A stretch of DNA of 64,000 bases, taken from IMG/VR virus record IMGVR_UViG_3300027659_000025. One strand, written 5' to 3'. Under the pieces are notes generated by a model that was not told the origin of the DNA, did not search any database, and worked only from the letters and a program-made list of their open reading frames with translations. This stretch comes from an uncultured virus (IMG/VR IMGVR_UViG_3300027659_000025) (taxonomy: Duplodnaviria > Heunggongvirae > Uroviricota > Caudoviricetes). The translations under genes and the position numbers were made by a program. Below are positions 59,391-64,000 of the stretch, piece after piece; position 1 is the first letter of the stretch; the number at the start of each line of letters is the position of its first letter.

Positions 59391-59753
59391 TTATTTTCCT
59401 TGAAAATCTTCTTTTATAGCTTTTGTTAATTTATAACCAGCGACACCGCCTACAACAGCAGCTCCAAGTTTAACCCCTTTTATTTGAGCTTTCAGTTTAG
59501 CCTGTTTAACAAATACATCAGCAGCACGAGATCTTTTTAACTCAGGATTAATTTTCTTATTTTCCCTTAGTTTCTTTTGTATTCTCTTAGCTTTTTCTAT
59601 CTCAGGTATTGTATTTGATATTTGTTTTGCGCCATAATAAGCCCCAGCTAACGCCCCAATTTTGTTTATTATGGAGCCTTTTTCAGCTGAAGCACCGTCT
59701 TTAGAGGCATTCTTATTGCCCTTCAATGCTGCTGAACGTTCAGGATCTGCCAT
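59391..59753 (-). CDS. MADPERSAA-leader protein 3
   Basis: MADPERSAALKGNKNASK. Confidence 0.8.
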   Translation of the reverse strand: MADPERSAALKGNKNASKDGASAEKGSIINKIGALAGAYYGAKQISNTIPEIEKAKRIQKKLRENKKINPELKRSRAADVFVKQAKLKAQIKGVKLGAAVVGGVAGYKLTKAIKEDFQGK

Positions 59754-59758
59754 TTTAT

Positions 59759-60115
59759 TTATCCTTTTGTTTTTGCTTGTTTAGCTTGCCTTAAAGTTGA
59801 AGCTAATGCAACACGAGGTGCTCTTTCTTTTTCAAACGCTGCAGAGTTTTTCTTAATTTCATTTAGCTGCTGCTGTCTTGCTTCGCGTGTTTTTGCTTTT
59901 GCAACTTCTGCAGGACTTAGAGTTTTCGCCTTTGCATCGTTTACAACTTCTTTAGCTCTTAAAGCTTTAAGCTTTCCTTTTCTAACCAGCAATGCAGCTG
60001 TAAGACCTGCTCCTGCAACACCTATTCCTATACCTACTTTTTGCTTAGTTGAAGCACCGTCTTTAGAGGCATTTTTATTGCCCTTCAATGCTGCTGAACG
60101 TTCTGGATCTGCCAT
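59759..60115 (-). CDS. MADPERSAA-leader protein 2
   Basis: MADPERSAALKGNKNASK. Confidence 0.8.
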   Translation of the reverse strand: MADPERSAALKGNKNASKDGASTKQKVGIGIGVAGAGLTAALLVRKGKLKALRAKEVVNDAKAKTLSPAEVAKAKTREARQQQLNEIKKNSAAFEKERAPRVALASTLRQAKQAKTKG

Positions 60116-60159
60116 TTTATTTATCCTTTTTGTTTATTTTTCATTACTGCTCTTTTTGT

Positions 60160-60588
60160 TCATTTCTTTTTATCTGCTGTAGGTTGTTTTACCTTTGAAG
60201 CTAGTGCAATGCCACCTGTTGCTCCTGCAACAATGCTGGCAGCTTTAATGGCTTTAGTTTTATTATTAAATTTAATATCTGTACCTATAACTTTGCTACG
60301 CGTGTTACCAAGTCTCTTGCCAGCTTCATAGTACTTTTCTGGCGCGACTCCCTTCCAGTATTCACGTTTACTACGGTCTACCTTTTCTTGAGCTTTGTTT
60401 AAAACTCTATTTTGCTTTGCTGTTAGCTCTATACGTGCTGGTCTTCTACCAACTGCAGCTAATGTATTACCTAAAAGACCGCCAACGGCACCATATCCAA
60501 CTTTTTCTCCTGTTGTAAGTGAAGCTTTACCACTCTTAGAGGCATTTTTATTGCCCTTCATTGCTGCCGAACGTTCTGGATCTGCCAT
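60160..60588 (-). CDS. MADPERSAA-leader protein 1
   Basis: MADPERSAAMKGNKNASK. Confidence 0.8.
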   Translation of the reverse strand: MADPERSAAMKGNKNASKSGKASLTTGEKVGYGAVGGLLGNTLAAVGRRPARIELTAKQNRVLNKAQEKVDRSKREYWKGVAPEKYYEAGKRLGNTRSKVIGTDIKFNNKTKAIKAASIVAGATGGIALASKVKQPTADKKK

Positions 60589-60600
60589 TTTATTTATCTT

Positions 60601-62181
60601 TTAAGGTTGAATTTCTTGCTGTTGATTCTCTATTTGAGATGCATATTGTTCATTTTGTCGTTGAATTAACATTTCTTGGTCTGCTGTAATTTCCATTCTA
60701 CCAGCTTCATCATCATAATCAGGTGGTACAATATCGTTTTGTTTAAGAATTTGTAACCAAATAGATCTCGGCACAAGTCCTTGTTGATACCATTCAGTAA
60801 CAAGTCTTAACCAATCTGCACCTAGTGGAACTGGATTAAAGTCAGCTGATAGACTAAAAGTAACGTCTTGAGGGGTTAACTCTAAATTATATCTCCAGTT
60901 AATCATGAAAGCAATAACTTGTTTCATAGTATTGCTAATCTTAGTATTTAAAGAACCTAATTGAGCAGTTTGTGCAGCATTTCTAATTTCAAGAGCAACA
61001 CCAGATTGAGCAGATTCAGGACTTAACATTCTGATGCCCATCTTAGCCATTTCTTCAATAGAAGCTGAAATGGCTCTATCCATGTCTTGTAATGCTGCTG
61101 TAGGTGTTTCTAAAACTGTTGCACTGTCACCTTGTCTCAGCCTAATCCAAGAACCTAATCCTGCTGCAGTTACATTATCAAAATCTTCATCACTCATGTC
61201 AGAAATAACAATTGGAGTGTATGTAGATGCACCATATAGTAAATGATTTCTTCTACTTATTTTGTTATAAAGATTTAATTCTTTATCAACAACAGGCATA
61301 AGAACAGGCTCAGCTGGAGCTACATTACCATTTAATGGCCATGCAGGAACTATTGTTAATCGTTCACCGTTTGATAGAATATTTGTAATTGTATCAATCA
61401 AAACAAATACAGGTTTTTTTAAAGAATATTCTTTCTGAACTTGTCCATTTACAATTTGAACTGAATTAGCATCACTAGTTTGTTGAAATACTCTTATTTG
61501 ATAAAAGCCATCTTCATCAAGCTCATGTACCTTTACAGTATCGCGATATGTTGCATGAAATTCATTTAACTCAAAGAACTCTTCATAAGATCTAACAATA
61601 ATTCTATTTAAAATTGACTTACCACGACTGTCAGAACTAACTCTCCAATTTATTACAGATTCAGCTTGCCATAAAATTGGATATGGTTTAAGTTTTGCTT
61701 TCTCTTCTAAAGAAAGAGAATCTGGATTTTCAATAACAGGATAATCAATATAAACCCAAGCACGGCTTGTTTGAAGCTCTTCCCATAAAGCTGTATCAAG
61801 AAAACTGATAATACTATTATCATCTTGACAAAACTCATTCATAATCCAATTGAAAACTTCAGGAGGAAGTTCTTCTGGTAATGATAGTGTTGGTTGTTTT
61901 CTTAATAAACCACCTACAAGCATTTTGGCAAATTGAGCTACAATACCTGGCAACTCTGCTTCTGCTTTGTAGAAATCATATTGACGTTGTGTCATTGACG
62001 GTGAAAACGGTAATAAAAGATTTGTAAAACTATTGACATCAATAAAACCATCATAGTCTTTTACAAATCTTTCTCCACTACAAACAGCTCTGCTTCGTTT
62101 CCATAATACTCTGAGAGACTCGTACTCAGCATTAGGATCAGCTACTGTTTTATTTGCAGAAGCAGCATTGACTACAGCCAT
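60601..62181 (-). CDS. Portal protein (DUF4055-type)
   Basis: 526 aa upstream of MuF; VINWR, SGVALEIR, DF motifs. Confidence 0.8.
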   Translation of the reverse strand: MAVVNAASANKTVADPNAEYESLRVLWKRSRAVCSGERFVKDYDGFIDVNSFTNLLLPFSPSMTQRQYDFYKAEAELPGIVAQFAKMLVGGLLRKQPTLSLPEELPPEVFNWIMNEFCQDDNSIISFLDTALWEELQTSRAWVYIDYPVIENPDSLSLEEKAKLKPYPILWQAESVINWRVSSDSRGKSILNRIIVRSYEEFFELNEFHATYRDTVKVHELDEDGFYQIRVFQQTSDANSVQIVNGQVQKEYSLKKPVFVLIDTITNILSNGERLTIVPAWPLNGNVAPAEPVLMPVVDKELNLYNKISRRNHLLYGASTYTPIVISDMSDEDFDNVTAAGLGSWIRLRQGDSATVLETPTAALQDMDRAISASIEEMAKMGIRMLSPESAQSGVALEIRNAAQTAQLGSLNTKISNTMKQVIAFMINWRYNLELTPQDVTFSLSADFNPVPLGADWLRLVTEWYQQGLVPRSIWLQILKQNDIVPPDYDDEAGRMEITADQEMLIQRQNEQYASQIENQQQEIQP

Positions 62182-62184
62182 ATA

Positions 62185-62457
62185 TTAGCCTCTTAAAATT
62201 TCATTAAGTTCTGAAATACTACCTTCGAAAGTATGACGTGTCGTGTTATTATAAGCTATAATATCGTCATTATCTGTAACTGAAGTTATAATCCATTCGC
62301 TTGGGTTTCTAAGAGCAGGATGATTATATTCTGTATCAGTAATTTGCGTTGATGCAGAGCTATCTACAAGTTGTATTGCTTGTTGTGATTTTAATTCAAA
62401 CTCAACAGTATCGGTGGCAGTAGAAACTACTGGCAATTCTAAGTTTAAAGCTTTCAT
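62185..62457 (-). CDS. Hypothetical protein
   Basis: ORF abutting the portal gene. Confidence 0.6.
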   Translation of the reverse strand: MKALNLELPVVSTATDTVEFELKSQQAIQLVDSSASTQITDTEYNHPALRNPSEWIITSVTDNDDIIAYNNTTRHTFEGSISELNEILRG

Positions 62458-62587
62458 TATTTACCTATTCTAAAACGAGGCATTACTAAGTATTTTGAAG
62501 GCATCTTAACTAAGCGTAGTAATCGCTCTTTAAATATGCTTCCCCATGATTGTTGCCAACTTGATTTCCAACTATTGCCCCAACTAC

Positions 62588-64000
62588 TCATTGCGGACCC
62601 CACTCATTTCCACTTTGCCCAGTGCCAATTACATTAACGTAATTAACCTGTCTTACATTTACACCAATGTTTGCTGTCATCAATTCAGACTTTACTGCAA
62701 CAGCTACACCAGTTTTGGCATTAGTTATCAAATCTACTGAAATAGGCTGATTTGTTAATCTTAGCATCAATTCATCAGCAATTTCACTAACTGTAGGCAT
62801 TGCTCCCTCCACTAAGAAATTAACAAACTCATCTATTTGTCTTGTTGTTAATATGGTTAAAATACCTGTCGCAAACTGAGATACAGTTGGATTTTGTGAC
62901 AGCTGATTTGTAATAAATTGGTCTAATAAATATATCTGTTGTGGTGATAGATCTGCTCGTACAACGTCTATTTCGCTATTTGCGGTTTGAGTGCAAAAAG
63001 AACCTATTAAATTGTAAGCTTGTACTATTATAGAACTGCTGGCAGAATTAAACTGTATAACGCCACTGCCAAATAATTTATAGCCTTGTATTATTGAAGA
63101 AATTGAAGATAAATTAGCAACAGCCGCAGCTGAACCACTTAAATTATATGTTACAGATATAGCAGCTTGCGAAGAAGCTGAATTTTGGGTTGGATTAAAA
63201 CTAGATAAGTTCTGTGCTTGAGTAATGTTACTAGTCGATGAATTATTAGCTTGCGTTGTAGCATAATAATCCACAACATTGTGAACAACAACAACTGAAC
63301 CAGTGTTTGACGTATTGCTTGTTACACAACTTGTTCCCACAAGAATCTGATTAAGCTGAACTGTTCCAGGTGCAGACACTGCACTGCTAGAACAAGAAGC
63401 ACCACTTAATGTTATTGCTTGTGCAATAGTACCTACAGAGCTAACGTTACTTACAGCAGTTGCAGAGCCTATAAGTGTTGTATAAGTTTGTGTTATAAGA
63501 TTAGAAGAAGTTAAATTGTCTTGTGTAGAAGTTACACTAAAAAGATTATACGTTTGAACTACTGCGCCAGTACTTGCAGCATTTAACTGATTTGTTGCTG
63601 TTATAGTTAATGGCAGTGCAAGTGTTATAACACCAGTCAGAGATTCTGCAGCTTGTGTAGATGCTGTGCCAGTGGTGTTATGTATCTGAGATATAGAATC
63701 AGTATTTGTAAAGTTAGCTTGAGAGCTAGGCGCACCAATAACAGCCTGTGTAGTTGTAACAGCTGCAACATTTGTTGTATTAGATTGAGAACTTGTAGTT
63801 CCAACTAGTGTACTATAAATTTGAATTATAGTATTTGCAGATGATACATTTGATTGATTAGCTGCACTACCAACTAAAATCTGACTTTGAGCTATAGTAC
63901 CTGTTGCACTTGTTGCTGCTTGAGATACTGAAGATCCAATTAGTGTATTATGTACTTGTATTACCGTACCTGTTCCAGCATTATTAGCTTCTGAAACATT
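62588..64000 (-). CDS. Partial long Ser/Thr/Ala/Gln-rich repeat protein (fibre-like); 5' end lies beyond the window
   Basis: Frame is open from 64000 to 62588 (471 codons); about 22-aa period L.G....Q.N.S....I.Q. Confidence 0.75.
   Translation of the reverse strand, partial: NVSEANNAGTGTVIQVHNTLIGSSVSQAATSATGTIAQSQILVGSAANQSNVSSANTIIQIYSTLVGTTSSQSNTTNVAAVTTTQAVIGAPSSQANFTNTDSISQIHNTTGTASTQAAESLTGVITLALPLTITATNQLNAASTGAVVQTYNLFSVTSTQDNLTSSNLITQTYTTLIGSATAVSNVSSVGTIAQAITLSGASCSSSAVSAPGTVQLNQILVGTSCVTSNTSNTGSVVVVHNVVDYYATTQANNSSTSNITQAQNLSSFNPTQNSASSQAAISVTYNLSGSAAAVANLSSISSIIQGYKLFGSGVIQFNSASSSIIVQAYNLIGSFCTQTANSEIDVVRADLSPQQIYLLDQFITNQLSQNPTVSQFATGILTILTTRQIDEFVNFLVEGAMPTVSEIADELMLRLTNQPISVDLITNAKTGVAVAVKSELMTANIGVNVRQVNYVNVIGTGQSGNEWGPQ

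Noticed and set aside
58441..60600. Repeated ~55-nt sequence as a CRISPR array
   Set aside because: The repeats are in-frame gene starts separated by 360-520 nt of coding sequence; no cas genes

Overview
A 64-kb segment of an AT-rich, lytic, long-tailed (siphovirus-type) bacteriophage genome. Essentially all genes are on the minus strand, and the host is probably a Gram-negative bacterium (inference). Read along the minus strand the order is: a partial repeat-rich fibre-like protein; portal; five tandem basic proteins sharing an 18-aa leader; a 1543-aa protein fusing a MuF/SPP1-gp7 head-morphogenesis domain to a complete T7-type RNA polymerase; scaffold, capsid and tail genes (lambda-type GGGAAAG frameshift, 3277-aa tape measure); a fatty-acid desaturase; lysis genes; early-type small genes; a second, stand-alone T7-type RNA polymerase; T7-like replication genes (SSB, PolA, exonuclease, primase-helicase, ligase); a class II ribonucleotide reductase; many small ORFs; and 3 tRNAs plus a half tRNA. 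The main candidate system is a two-polymerase transcription cascade with a putatively virion-packaged MuF-RNAP. Two distinct repeated promoter-like motifs support it: 3 copies before early-type genes including the second RNAP, and 4 copies before SSB, scaffold/capsid, lysis and one other gene. Other notable patterns are a dispersed family of covarying H-type RNA pseudoknots, two 110-bp GC-rich quasi-palindromes, a GC-recoded patch inside the MuF domain, and the MADPERSAA leader-protein array. No terminase, integrase or CRISPR array was seen. All functional calls come from motif recognition by eye; no database search was run.
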